Source: an uncultured Vicinamibacterales bacterium
GTDB taxonomy: Bacteria > Acidobacteriota > Vicinamibacteria > Vicinamibacterales > JAKQTR01
Reading direction: 5' to 3'
Length of the DNA: 64,000 bases
Assembly (NCBI GenBank): GCA_964396055.1
Contig: CAYNDV010000007.1
Span: forward strand, 521 to 64,520
Part shown: one piece after another, positions 45,563-54,691 of the stretch
Numbering within the stretch: the first letter of the stretch is position 1
How the letters are laid out: each line of letters begins with the position of its first letter
Translations under genes and position numbers: made by a program
Notes under the pieces: model-generated
What the model was told of the DNA's origin: nothing
The model's input: the letters and a program-made list of their open reading frames with translations, nothing else
The model's database searches: none

Positions 45563-46671
45563 CCCACGTAGGAGCGCCGGGCCAGGACCAGGCCCTTGCG
45601 GCCCGTCAGCTCGACGGTGATGCGGTGCAGCCCTGGCGGGAGCGCGGGCTTCTCGATGACCACTTCGTACCGCCCCGCCAGGGCCTCACCCAGGCGGCGC
45701 AGGGCCGCGACGGGAAAGTCCTGCGTCCGGGCAAAGAACCCGCCGGTGTCGGCCGCGACGCGCTGCAGGCCGACTTCGAGGGCGTGGGACGCGGCGCGCG
45801 TCGTGTCGAGACAGAAGACCGTGGTCCGGCTCGCCATGAGCAGGCGGGCGGCCTCGTCGTAGGCCTCCTCGAAGATCATGGGTGCCGACAGCGCTCCAGG
45901 CCCGCCGATGCCCACGCGGCCAAACCCGTGGCCGACCACGACCAGCGACTTCGAGCCCGGCACCTGCATCAGCGCCCTGGCCACCACCAGCAACGCCTGC
46001 TCCATCGACGACGACGCGCGCCCCGCGCGCCTGTCGAAGTACAGGGCCAGTGACGGCGCGCCCGCGACGGGCACGTCGGCCGGCGGCGCCTGTAACAGGA
46101 TGCCACGCTCGAGGACCGTGTCGACCAGTGCCCGATCGGCGGTGAAGTCGCACCAGAGCGCCAGATGCATCCCGAAGGACAGCACGGCCACGCGGTCGTC
46201 GGGCTGCAGGCCCGCCACCAGCGCGCGCGTGCGGCGCAGCAGGTCGATGAGGCCTTCCATGCGCGTGGGCTCGAAGTCCTTCTGGTAGAGCAGCACCACC
46301 TGCCGGCCCGACGGCAGCCCGAGGAGATCCGGGGCCGGCGGCGTCGCGCCGCTGCCCGCCTCCGTCCGCGAGGGCTCGCGATCCGCGACCGCCTGCGTGG
46401 TCCATCGCGCGTCGAGCACCTGAACCGGCGTACCATCGACGCGCACGCGGAAACTGTCGCGCGTGAGACCGCGGATCGGCCGGCCGTCGGCTTCGAGCGC
46501 GTGCACGTCGATGACGACGCGCGCCACGTCGACCCGCTCCGCGTAGCCCGGCGGCTGAGCGGCGGATGTGCCGGGCAGGGCCAGGTGCAGCGTGGCGGCG
46601 CACACCGCGGGCCAGGCGGCCCGGACGAGCCGCCAGCACCGCCCCTTCGCCGCAGGAGGCCTGGATCGCAT
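45559..46671 (-). CDS. VWFA-related Acidobacterial domain protein (von Willebrand factor A-like)
   Basis: Signal peptide present. The N-terminal segment VDVARVVIDVHALEADGRPIRGLTRDSFRVRVDGTPVQV fits the TIGR03436-type pattern and is followed by a VWA-like fold. I trimmed the start to ATG 46671, because the 638-aa ORF extension runs antisense through thrB. Confidence 0.75.
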   Translation of the reverse strand: MRSRPPAAKGRCWRLVRAAWPAVCAATLHLALPGTSAAQPPGYAERVDVARVVIDVHALEADGRPIRGLTRDSFRVRVDGTPVQVLDARWTTQAVADREPSRTEAGSGATPPAPDLLGLPSGRQVVLLYQKDFEPTRMEGLIDLLRRTRALVAGLQPDDRVAVLSFGMHLALWCDFTADRALVDTVLERGILLQAPPADVPVAGAPSLALYFDRRAGRASSSMEQALLVVARALMQVPGSKSLVVVGHGFGRVGIGGPGALSAPMIFEEAYDEAARLLMASRTTVFCLDTTRAASHALEVGLQRVAADTGGFFARTQDFPVAALRRLGEALAGRYEVVIEKPALPPGLHRITVELTGRKGLVLARRSYVG

Positions 46672-46741
46672 GATGGCGTCGTCTATCTTACCCGGCCGCG
46701 GGTTTGACGCGTCATCCGGGCCGCGCATAACATGCGGGCCC

Positions 46742-47695
46742 ATGGCGAGCGTTCGCGTGTTTGCGCCGGCCACCGTGTCGAACGTGGGTCCCGGCTTCGA
46801 CGTGCTGGGCTTCGCGCTGCACCGACCCGGCGACACGGTCGAGGCGTGGGCGGACGGAGGCCCCGGCGTCACCATCGCCGCCATCACCGGCGACGGCGGC
46901 GTGCTGCCGCTCGACGCCGCCCGCAACGCGGCGGGCGCCGCAGCCGCGGCGGTCCTGCGCGAGGCGCCCCGGCGTCCCGAGGACGGACCAACGCCGGGTA
47001 TCACCCTGCGGCTGCACAAGGGCCTGCCGCTGCAGAGCGGCCTGGGCAGTTCCGGGGCGTCGGCGGCCGCCGGGGCTGCTGCGGCCAACGAACTGCTTGG
47101 GCGGCCCTTTTCGCCGGCAGCCCTGGTGGCGTTCGCCATGGAGGGCGAACGCGCAGCCTGCGGGTTCAGCCACGCCGACAACGTCGCGCCAGCTCTCCTG
47201 GGCGGTTTCGTGCTGGTGCGGTCGTACGATCCCCTGGACCTCGTCCGGCTGCCGTCGCCCGACGGGCTCGCCGTGGCGATCGTGCACCCGCACTGCGACG
47301 TGTCCACGCGCCAGGCCCGGACGATGCTGGCCGGCCGGCAGGTGCCGCTGGCGCAGGTGGTGGCCAACACGGGCAACGTGGCGGGCCTGGTGGCCGCGCT
47401 CTTCCAGTCGAACCTGCCGCTGCTCGGGCGATCGGTGCAGGACCAGGTGGTGGAGCCGCTGCGCGCCGCGCTCATCCCGGGCTACGCCGGCGTGCGGCAG
47501 GCGGCCCTCGACGCCGGCGCGCTGGCGTGCGCCATCTCAGGGTCCGGGCCCACGCTGTGCGCGCTGGCCGAAGGAGACGAGGCCGCCGCCCGCGCGGCAC
47601 AGGCCATGCGCGCGGCGTTCCGGCGCCACGCGGGCCTCGAGTCGGATGCCTGGGTCGGCGGCGTCTGCCCCACCGGCGCGCGGGTAGTGGCCTGA
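46742..47695 (+). CDS. thrB: Homoserine kinase
   Basis: VFAPATVSNVGPGFDVLG and the GHMP kinase motif GLPLQSGLGSSGASAAA. ATG at 46742. Confidence 0.9.
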   Translation: MASVRVFAPATVSNVGPGFDVLGFALHRPGDTVEAWADGGPGVTIAAITGDGGVLPLDAARNAAGAAAAAVLREAPRRPEDGPTPGITLRLHKGLPLQSGLGSSGASAAAGAAAANELLGRPFSPAALVAFAMEGERAACGFSHADNVAPALLGGFVLVRSYDPLDLVRLPSPDGLAVAIVHPHCDVSTRQARTMLAGRQVPLAQVVANTGNVAGLVAALFQSNLPLLGRSVQDQVVEPLRAALIPGYAGVRQAALDAGALACAISGSGPTLCALAEGDEAAARAAQAMRAAFRRHAGLESDAWVGGVCPTGARVVA

Positions 47696-49005
47696 TGCGG
47701 CTCTCCAGCACGTCCGGCCGTGCGGCGCCGGTGAGTTTCCGCGACGCCATCCGCCAGGGCCTGGCGCCCGACGGAGGGCTGTACCTGCCGGACGGCCTGC
47801 CCGTCATCCCGCCGGACACGTGGCGTGCCTGGCGCGGCCTCGCCTTCCAGGACCTCGCGTGCCGGCTGGCCGCGCGGTGGCTCGACGGCGAGTTCCCGCC
47901 GGACACGATCGAGCGCCTGACCGCCGACGCGCTCGACTTCCCCGTGCCTCTCGTGCCCATCGGCGAGGCCTGGTCCGTCGTCGAGTTGTTCCACGGCCCG
48001 ACGCTCGCCTTCAAGGACTTCGGCGCGCGGTTCCTGGCCCGGTTCTTCGGCCAGGTGCTGCACGACGAAGGCGGCCGCGCGACGATCCTGGTCGCCACCT
48101 CCGGCGACACCGGCAGCGCCGTGGCCCGCGGGTTTGCCGGCGTGCCCGGCGTGCGGGTCGTCGTGCTCTACCCGGCCGGCAAGGTGTCGCCGTTCCAGGA
48201 ATCGCAGATGGCGACGATCGGCGGCAACGTCACGGCCGTCCGCGTGCCGGGCGTCTTCGATGACTGCCAGCGGCTCGTGAAATCCGCGTTCCTCGACCCG
48301 ACCCTGGGCGGCCTGGGCCTGTCGTCAGCGAACTCGATCAGCATCGGGCGCCTGCTGCCGCAGAGCTTCTACTACGCGTGGGCCTGGCTGTCACTCGCGG
48401 GTCCGGCTCTGCCGCCCATCGTCTGTTCGGTGCCGTCGGGCAACCTCGGCAACCTCACGGCCGGCGTGCTGGCGCAGCGGACGGGCGTCGCCATCCGCAC
48501 TTTTCTCGCCGCCACCAACGCCAACGACGTGTTGCCCGAGTACCTCGCCACCGCCACCTACCGTGCCCGGCCCTCCATCCCGACGCTGTCGAACGCGATG
48601 GACGTCGGCGACCCGAGCAACTTCGTCCGCCTGCTCGCGCTGCACGGCGGGCAGTGGGCCAGGGTGCGGGCGGCGGTCGAGGGCGAGGTGGTCAGCGAGG
48701 AGGAGACCCGGGACGAAATCCGGCGCACGCACGCGGACGCCGGCTACGTGCTGGACCCGCACGGCGCCGTCGCGAGCCGGGCCGCGCGGCGGTGGCGCGG
48801 CCGGGCGGGCCAGGACGATCCTGTGGCCGTGCTGGCCACGGCGCATCCCGCGAAGTTCGGCGAGACGATCGCGGCGGAACTGGGTTTCGAGCCCGCGTTG
48901 CCCGAACGGGAACGGGGGTGGCGCGACCGGCCGCTCCTGGCGGTTCCGCTGCCTGACACCTCGCCAGCCACCTTCCGCGCGTTCCTGCTCGACACCCACG
49001 CGTAG
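47695..49005 (+). CDS. thrC: Threonine synthase
   Basis: The ATG overlaps the thrB stop by 1 nt (TGATG: stop TGA 47693-47695, ATG 47695-47697). Motifs are DGGLYLP and HGPTLAFKDFG (PLP-lysine), plus TSGDTGSA. Confidence 0.9.
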   Translation: MRLSSTSGRAAPVSFRDAIRQGLAPDGGLYLPDGLPVIPPDTWRAWRGLAFQDLACRLAARWLDGEFPPDTIERLTADALDFPVPLVPIGEAWSVVELFHGPTLAFKDFGARFLARFFGQVLHDEGGRATILVATSGDTGSAVARGFAGVPGVRVVVLYPAGKVSPFQESQMATIGGNVTAVRVPGVFDDCQRLVKSAFLDPTLGGLGLSSANSISIGRLLPQSFYYAWAWLSLAGPALPPIVCSVPSGNLGNLTAGVLAQRTGVAIRTFLAATNANDVLPEYLATATYRARPSIPTLSNAMDVGDPSNFVRLLALHGGQWARVRAAVEGEVVSEEETRDEIRRTHADAGYVLDPHGAVASRAARRWRGRAGQDDPVAVLATAHPAKFGETIAAELGFEPALPERERGWRDRPLLAVPLPDTSPATFRAFLLDTHA

Positions 49006-49041
49006 GCCTCGGCGGCCGGCCCCGTCAACAGGCCGCACGCG

Positions 49042-50409
49042 TCATTTCCGTGCGGGAGCCTTGCGCGCGGCGGCGGCCACGATGCCGCTGAGCCCGACGA
49101 GCCCGATGAGATTGGGAAACACCTGAAGGCCGTTCAGCAGATCGCCCCAGGCCCACACGGTGTTCACGCTGGCGGTGGCGCCGATCGGTATGAGCAGGCA
49201 GTACACCCACCGGTAGGTCTTCGTGACTCGTCGTCCCAGGAGGTACTCGAAGAACTGCTCGCCGTAGTACGCCCAGCCGATCAGCGTGGTGTAGCCGAAC
49301 AGGAACGCGCAGAACGCCACCACCCACCCGCCGGCCACCGGCATCGACGCGTTGAATGCCTCGGCCACCACGGCCGTGCTCGTCTGCCCCATCGTCCAGG
49401 CGCCCGTGACGAGAATGGTCAGGGCGCTGATCGTCGAGGTGACGAACGAGACCACGAACACCTCGATGACGGCGTTGAGCCCCTGCTGCGTCGGGTTGAC
49501 GCTGCGCGCCGTGCCGTAGGCCACGGCGGCCGTGCCGTAGCCGGCCTCGTTGGCGTAGACGCCGCGCGCCAGGCCGTAGCGCATCGCGACGATGATGCCG
49601 ATGCCGGCGCTGCTGCCGGCGGCGGCCTTGAACGAGAACGCCTCGCGCAGCACGTCGGCCAGCACGCCGGGCAGGGCCTCCACGTGCGTCACGATGACGA
49701 CGAGCCCCCCGAGGAGATACAGGGCGACCTTCAAGGGCGACAACTTCTCCGCCGCGCGCCCGATCGACGTCACGCCGCCGATGATGACGGCCCAGGCCAG
49801 CACCGCAATCGCAACGCCCGACACCCACGTGGGAATGGCGAACTGGCTGTGCAGGACGATCGCCATCGAGTTCGGCTGGGTGAACGGCGTGGTGAACAGG
49901 GCGGCCACGGCGGCGATGAGCGCGTAGGCCGCGGCGAGCTTCGGCGACTTCAGGCCGTCGCGCAGGTAGTACATCGGCCCCGACGAACTGCCCCGGGCGT
50001 CGGCCGCGCGGAAGGTGACGCCCAGCACGGCCTCGGCGAACTTGACGGCCATCGCCACCGCGCCATAAGCCCAGATCCAGAAGAGCGCGCCGGGCCCGCC
50101 CGAGACGATTGCCGTGGCGACGCCGGCGATGTTGCCCGTGCCGATCGAGGCCGCCAGCGCCGTCATGAACGCCTGGAAGGGCGACAACGATCCCTTCGCG
50201 CCCTCGGCCTGGCGGGGCACGATCGTGCGCGCGGCTTCCGCAAAACGCCGGAACTGCACGCCGCGTGTCCGGATCGTCAGGAACAGGCCGGTGCCGAGCA
50301 GCAGGATCATGAGCGGCCCGGGCACTGGCCCCACCGGCGACGACCACGGGCCCCACACGAAATCGCTGGCCGAGAAGATCGCGCGCCGGATCCATTCGAG
50401 CATAGGCAC
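49042..50409 (-). CDS. Alanine/glycine:cation symporter (AGCS family)
   Basis: LLGTGLFLTIRTRGVQFR and ALAASIGTGNIAGVATAI are AGCS signatures. Confidence 0.85.
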   Translation of the reverse strand: MPMLEWIRRAIFSASDFVWGPWSSPVGPVPGPLMILLLGTGLFLTIRTRGVQFRRFAEAARTIVPRQAEGAKGSLSPFQAFMTALAASIGTGNIAGVATAIVSGGPGALFWIWAYGAVAMAVKFAEAVLGVTFRAADARGSSSGPMYYLRDGLKSPKLAAAYALIAAVAALFTTPFTQPNSMAIVLHSQFAIPTWVSGVAIAVLAWAVIIGGVTSIGRAAEKLSPLKVALYLLGGLVVIVTHVEALPGVLADVLREAFSFKAAAGSSAGIGIIVAMRYGLARGVYANEAGYGTAAVAYGTARSVNPTQQGLNAVIEVFVVSFVTSTISALTILVTGAWTMGQTSTAVVAEAFNASMPVAGGWVVAFCAFLFGYTTLIGWAYYGEQFFEYLLGRRVTKTYRWVYCLLIPIGATASVNTVWAWGDLLNGLQVFPNLIGLVGLSGIVAAAARKAPARK

Positions 50410-50463
50410 CCTTCGGAGTCAGCAGCGGCCCGGCTGCCGGTTTCAGGGTAACATGGACCCTTC

Positions 50464-51876
50464 ATGTCCACAGCGCCGCGGGTGCAGAGGTTCGATCGGT
50501 CGATCGTGGAGGGACGCCTGCCGTCCGCGGTCTGGAAACTGGCGTGGCCGACGATGCTCCAGAACGTCGTGGCGGGCCTCCAGGGCATGATCGACCACGC
50601 GATGGTGGGCCACTTCGTGGGCTACACCGCCAACGCGGCCATCGGCGTCAGCTGGCAGATCTTCCTCGTCGTCATCGTCTTCATCGCGTCGCTGTATTCG
50701 GGCATGGGCGTCCTGGTGGCACGCTTCACGGGCGCCGGCGAGCCCGACAAGGTGAACCGGGTCGTGCACCAGGCGTTTCTCACGTCGCTGGCGCTGTCGG
50801 CCATCCTGGCCGTGGCCGGATACGTGCTCGCGCCGTACCTGCTGGACGTGGTGCGCGCCTCGGCACCGGTGAAGGCGGAGGCCCTCCCCTTCCTGCGGAC
50901 GATGTTCGTCGGCAACGTCGGGATGCTGGTGTTCTTCATGGTCGGCGGCGCCCTGCGCGCGGCCGGCGACGCCCGCACGCCGCTGCGGCTGGGCATCACG
51001 GCCACGGTGCTCAACGCCGTGCTGAACCTCGCCCTGATTCCCGGCCTGGGCCCGATCCCGCGCCTGGGGCCGTTCGGCGCCGCGCTGGGCACGGTCACCG
51101 CCAATCTCGTCGTGGCCGCGGTCGCCAACGCGTGGATCCTGTCGGGCCGGCTGGTGGTGCGCATCCCGCGGCCGCTGTCGTTCACGCCCGATTGGGACAT
51201 CATCCGCGCCATCTTCCGGTTCGGCCTGCCGACCGGCCTGCAGGGCATCGCGATGAACGTGGCCGGCGTGCTGCTGCTGCGGTTCATGGGCGGGCTGGCG
51301 CACAGCGCCGAGGCCCAGGCCGCGTACGCGGTGGGCTACACCGAGCTGTTCTCGCTGATCACCTGGACGTCGGTGGGGTTGATGAGCGCCACCGCCACGA
51401 TCGCCGGCCAGAACCTCGGTGCGGGCCGGCCCGAACGCAGCATCGAAGGCGCCCGCGTGGCGTCGCGTATCGGCCTCACCGTGGCGGCTCTCGTCGGCCT
51501 GGCGTTCGTCGTGGTGCCCGCGCGCCTGCTGTGGCTGTTCGGGATGACGGACCCGCACGTGCTCGAGATCGGCACCTCGCTCCTGCGGTTCCTCGCGGTG
51601 TCGGGGTTCTTCATCACGGTGGCGCTCACCTACACGGGCGCCCTGCAGGGAACGGGCGACACGAAGAGCCCGTTCTACATCTCGCTGGCGAGCCAGATCG
51701 CCGTGCCGATCGGCATGCTGTTGGCCATCCAGACGGTCCGTCCGCTGGTGCACACCGACATCTGGCTCGCGATTGTGTGCGGCCACTTCCTGCGCTGCGC
51801 GCTGACCGTGTGGCGGTTCCGGCAGGAACGCTGGCGGGGCATTACCGTCGACCTCGGGACCGCGCCGGCCGGCTAG
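50464..51876 (+). CDS. MATE family efflux transporter
   Basis: 470 aa with 12 TM helices. The N-terminus LAWPTMLQNVVAGLQGMIDHAMVGH is typical of MATE. Confidence 0.85.
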   Translation: MSTAPRVQRFDRSIVEGRLPSAVWKLAWPTMLQNVVAGLQGMIDHAMVGHFVGYTANAAIGVSWQIFLVVIVFIASLYSGMGVLVARFTGAGEPDKVNRVVHQAFLTSLALSAILAVAGYVLAPYLLDVVRASAPVKAEALPFLRTMFVGNVGMLVFFMVGGALRAAGDARTPLRLGITATVLNAVLNLALIPGLGPIPRLGPFGAALGTVTANLVVAAVANAWILSGRLVVRIPRPLSFTPDWDIIRAIFRFGLPTGLQGIAMNVAGVLLLRFMGGLAHSAEAQAAYAVGYTELFSLITWTSVGLMSATATIAGQNLGAGRPERSIEGARVASRIGLTVAALVGLAFVVVPARLLWLFGMTDPHVLEIGTSLLRFLAVSGFFITVALTYTGALQGTGDTKSPFYISLASQIAVPIGMLLAIQTVRPLVHTDIWLAIVCGHFLRCALTVWRFRQERWRGITVDLGTAPAG

Positions 51877-52831
51877 CCGCGCCGCGGGCCCCGGCCCGCA
51901 CCTGGCGCAGCAGGCGGGCGAAGTCCTCCGGCAGGGGTGCCGCGACGACGATCTGCTGCCCCGTCACCGGGTGCTCGAATCCGATCTGCCACGCGTGCAG
52001 GGCCTGGCGGCCGAACGCCGGCAGGCCCGGGGGATCGGCCGGCGCCCCGAACCGGTATTGGCGTTCGCCGACGAGCGGGAATCCGCGCAGGCCGGCCTGC
52101 ACCCGGATCTGGTTGCGTTTGCCGGTGACCAGGCTCACCTCGACGAGCGTGGCCGCCTCGAACCGCTCGAGGACGCGGAAGTGGGCCACGGCCTCTCTCG
52201 CGCCGGCGTCGCTGGCGTGCGCCCGGCGCTGGCGCAGGGCCGCCTTGTCCCAGGCCAGCGCATCACGCCAGGTGCCGCCGTCGTCCGGGATCACGCCCTC
52301 GACCACCGCCTGGTACCGCCGGATGGGCGTTCGCGCCTCGAACTGCGCCTTCAGGTGATCGCGCGCGGCGGGCGTCCGCGCGAAGAGCACGAGGCCGCTG
52401 GTGTCGCGATCGATCCGGTGCACCACGTAGGCGCGGGCACGCGGCAGGTGACGGTAGCGGTCGCGCAGCAGGTCGAGCACCGTCGGCTCCGGCTCGCCGC
52501 CTGGGAGCGGCTCGACGATCAGGCCCGGCGGCTTGTCGAGCACCACCACCGCCTCGTCCTCGTGCACCACAGCCACGGTCGCGCGGACCTCGGCCACGAC
52601 CCGGTCCGCCACGCGAGCCGACCCGGGCCGGTCCATCCAGATCCCGATCCGGTCACCGGCTTCGACGCGGTACGCGGCCGACGATCCATCAGTTTCCGCG
52701 CCGTTGACGAAGACCTTGCCGCGCTCGAGCCACGCCGCGGCACGGCTGCGCGATCCGGCCCCGGCGTGCCGGGCCAGCCACAGGTCGAGCCGCAACCCGG
52801 CCTCGCCGGCGCCGATTGTGTGCTCCTGCAT
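51842..52831 (-). CDS. RluA-family pseudouridine synthase (RluD-like, with S4 domain)
   Basis: S4-like N-terminus (RLDLWLA..) and catalytic motif HRIDRDTSGLVLFA. Confidence 0.85.
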   Translation of the reverse strand: MQEHTIGAGEAGLRLDLWLARHAGAGSRSRAAAWLERGKVFVNGAETDGSSAAYRVEAGDRIGIWMDRPGSARVADRVVAEVRATVAVVHEDEAVVVLDKPPGLIVEPLPGGEPEPTVLDLLRDRYRHLPRARAYVVHRIDRDTSGLVLFARTPAARDHLKAQFEARTPIRRYQAVVEGVIPDDGGTWRDALAWDKAALRQRRAHASDAGAREAVAHFRVLERFEAATLVEVSLVTGKRNQIRVQAGLRGFPLVGERQYRFGAPADPPGLPAFGRQALHAWQIGFEHPVTGQQIVVAAPLPEDFARLLRQVRAGARGAASRPARSRGRR

Positions 52832-52882
52832 GCGCGCTCCGGGGAGAGCATACCTCGGGAATTGGGTAGAATCGCGGGCACG

Positions 52883-53611
52883 ATGGCCGCCTCAGACGCT
52901 CCGGCTCCGCCGCCGACCCCCGCGACACGCGTCGCGGCGCTGGCCGTGCACGTGTTTACCGCCAGCGGCGCCCTGCTCGGGTTCCTGGCCCTGCGGGCCG
53001 CGCTCGGCGGGGACCTGCGCGCGGCCTTTCTGTGGCTGATGGCCGCCACCGCCGTGGACGCCGTGGACGGCGTGCTGGCGCGCGCGGCCCGCGTGCGCGA
53101 CGCGGCGCCCCACATCGACGGGGCGCGGCTCGATGACGTGGTGGACTACGTCACGTACGTGTTCGTGCCGGCGGTCATCGCGTGGCAAGCCGGGCTCCTG
53201 CCCGCGGCCGCGGCGCTGCCCGTCACGGCGGCCATGCTGGTCTCGAGCGCCCTGGGCTTCAGCCGGAACGACGCGAAGACGGAGGACCACTTCTTCACGG
53301 GCTTCCCGTCGTACTGGAACATCGTGGTCTTCTACCTCGCGGCCGGCGCGTGGCCGCCCACGGTGAACGCGGGCATCCTGCTCACGTGCGCGGCGCTGGT
53401 CTTCGTGCCGATCCGCTACGTGTATCCGTCGCGGACGCCGGTGCTGCGCGGGCTGACCAACGCCCTCGGCGTGGCGTGGGCCGGCGGGATGGTCCTGCTC
53501 GCGCTCCAGTTGCCGGTGGTGCACCGGGGCTGGCTGCTGGCATCGCTCGCCTATCCGGCCTACTACACGGGGCTGTCGCTGGCGCTGCATGCGCGCCGCC
53601 CGGCACGGTAA
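52883..53611 (+). CDS. CDP-alcohol phosphatidyltransferase family protein, phosphatidylcholine synthase-like
   Basis: Motif DGVLAR-x12-GARLDDVVD (DGx2ARx12Gx3Dx3D), plus FFTGFPSYWNIVVFY. ATG at 52883. Confidence 0.7.
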   Translation: MAASDAPAPPPTPATRVAALAVHVFTASGALLGFLALRAALGGDLRAAFLWLMAATAVDAVDGVLARAARVRDAAPHIDGARLDDVVDYVTYVFVPAVIAWQAGLLPAAAALPVTAAMLVSSALGFSRNDAKTEDHFFTGFPSYWNIVVFYLAAGAWPPTVNAGILLTCAALVFVPIRYVYPSRTPVLRGLTNALGVAWAGGMVLLALQLPVVHRGWLLASLAYPAYYTGLSLALHARRPAR

Positions 53612-53670
53612 CCGGCGAGCGCCTGCGGGCGGCGTATAATCAGGGACTCGCATCCCTCAAGGAGTCCCAG

Positions 53671-54114
53671 ATGGCCCAGGCCGTGCCCCAGAACTACCGG
53701 AACCATGCCCGTCTCCTGCCCGCGTACCACTTCGTCGCGTTCCCGCTGTTCGTGATCAACTTCTTCTACGCGCTGTACCAGGCCGTGGCCGGGGCGTTCG
53801 CCTGGGCCGAAGTCGTCGCGCTGGCCGTGGCCGTCGCGCTCATCATCCTGTTCTTCGTGGCCCGCGTGATGGCGTTGACCGTGCAGGATCGGGTCATCCG
53901 GCTGGAGGAACGGATGCGGATGCGGACGCTGCTGCCGGCGGATCTGCAGGGCCGGATCGACGACTTCACGCCGAAGCAGTTGGTGGCGCTGCGCTTTGCC
54001 AGCGACGGTGAACTGCCGGCCCTGGCGCGCAAGGTCCTCGACGAGAAGATCGAGGATCAGAAGGTGATCAAGCAGCTGATCACCTCGTGGCGCGCCGACT
54101 ACCTGCGCGCCTGA
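53671..54114 (+). CDS. Small membrane protein (DUF6526-like)
   Basis: AGGAG lies upstream of ATG 53671. There are two TM helices and then a charged helical tail. The N-terminus QNYRNHARLLPAYHF resembles DUF6526. The family call is tentative. Confidence 0.6.
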   Translation: MAQAVPQNYRNHARLLPAYHFVAFPLFVINFFYALYQAVAGAFAWAEVVALAVAVALIILFFVARVMALTVQDRVIRLEERMRMRTLLPADLQGRIDDFTPKQLVALRFASDGELPALARKVLDEKIEDQKVIKQLITSWRADYLRA

Positions 54115-54156
54115 CCCGCCCTGATCGGACACGGGCGCCGTTGCGGGCGCCCGCGA

Positions 54157-54600
54157 TCACTTCGTCCGGCTGAGTTCCTCGACGAGATCCTGCCAGCCGC
54201 GCGCCCAGCCGGCGGCATCGATGCGGCGCGCCTCGTCCTCGGTGTAGGCGAAGTAGTTGTAGCCCTTCGGGCTCGTCCGGTCCTTCGGCGAGGCGAAGTG
54301 CACGTCCTCGACGCGGGCCCAGCCCTTCCCGCCGGCGAACTGCACGTAGAACTGGCCACCGCCCCGCAGCGCGTCGCGGTCCGTGGCGAGACAGCCCAGG
54401 TCGTCGTAGAGGCGGGCGGACCCGTCGATGTAGGCGACCTCGGCCGCCGCGTCAAGCGAACCGATCGTCTGCCGGCAGCGCACGCACACATCCTGCCCCA
54501 GCCGAATCGGCACGGGTGCGGGCACCGACGCGCCGCACGCGGAGACGAGCACGGCGAGGAGCACGGCCAGGGCCAGGCGCGGAGGAATCGAGCGGCTCAC
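54157..54600 (-). CDS. NosL-like lipoprotein (putative metal-binding)
   Basis: The GTG start at 54600 gives the lipoprotein signal ..LAVLVSAC. CVRCRQTI ... YDDLGC parallels the NosL CxxCxM..FDDIGC architecture. The longer ORF-track N-terminus is Arg-rich and non-coding-like. Confidence 0.55.
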   Translation of the reverse strand: MSRSIPPRLALAVLLAVLVSACGASVPAPVPIRLGQDVCVRCRQTIGSLDAAAEVAYIDGSARLYDDLGCLATDRDALRGGGQFYVQFAGGKGWARVEDVHFASPKDRTSPKGYNYFAYTEDEARRIDAAGWARGWQDLVEELSRTK

Positions 54601-54691
54601 GGGAGTCCCTTGTCTCGGTGGCGGCTGCCACAGCCGCCTGCGTGTTACCTTACGTGAGGCACGACCAGGATTCAACCTGCGGGAGCACGAC

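Noticed and set aside
46672-47475. N-terminal 268-aa extension of the VWA-like ORF (the full ORF is 45559-47475)
   Set aside because: The extension runs antisense through thrB and is Ser/Arg/Pro/Ala low-complexity. An internal ATG at 46671 gives a proper signal peptide and leaves a 70-nt divergent spacer to thrB.
46732-47694. Upstream part of the 757-aa ORF that ends as thrC
   Set aside because: This portion is an out-of-frame read through thrB (Arg/Gly/Pro-rich). The ThrC homology begins at the ATG at 47695, which overlaps the thrB stop.
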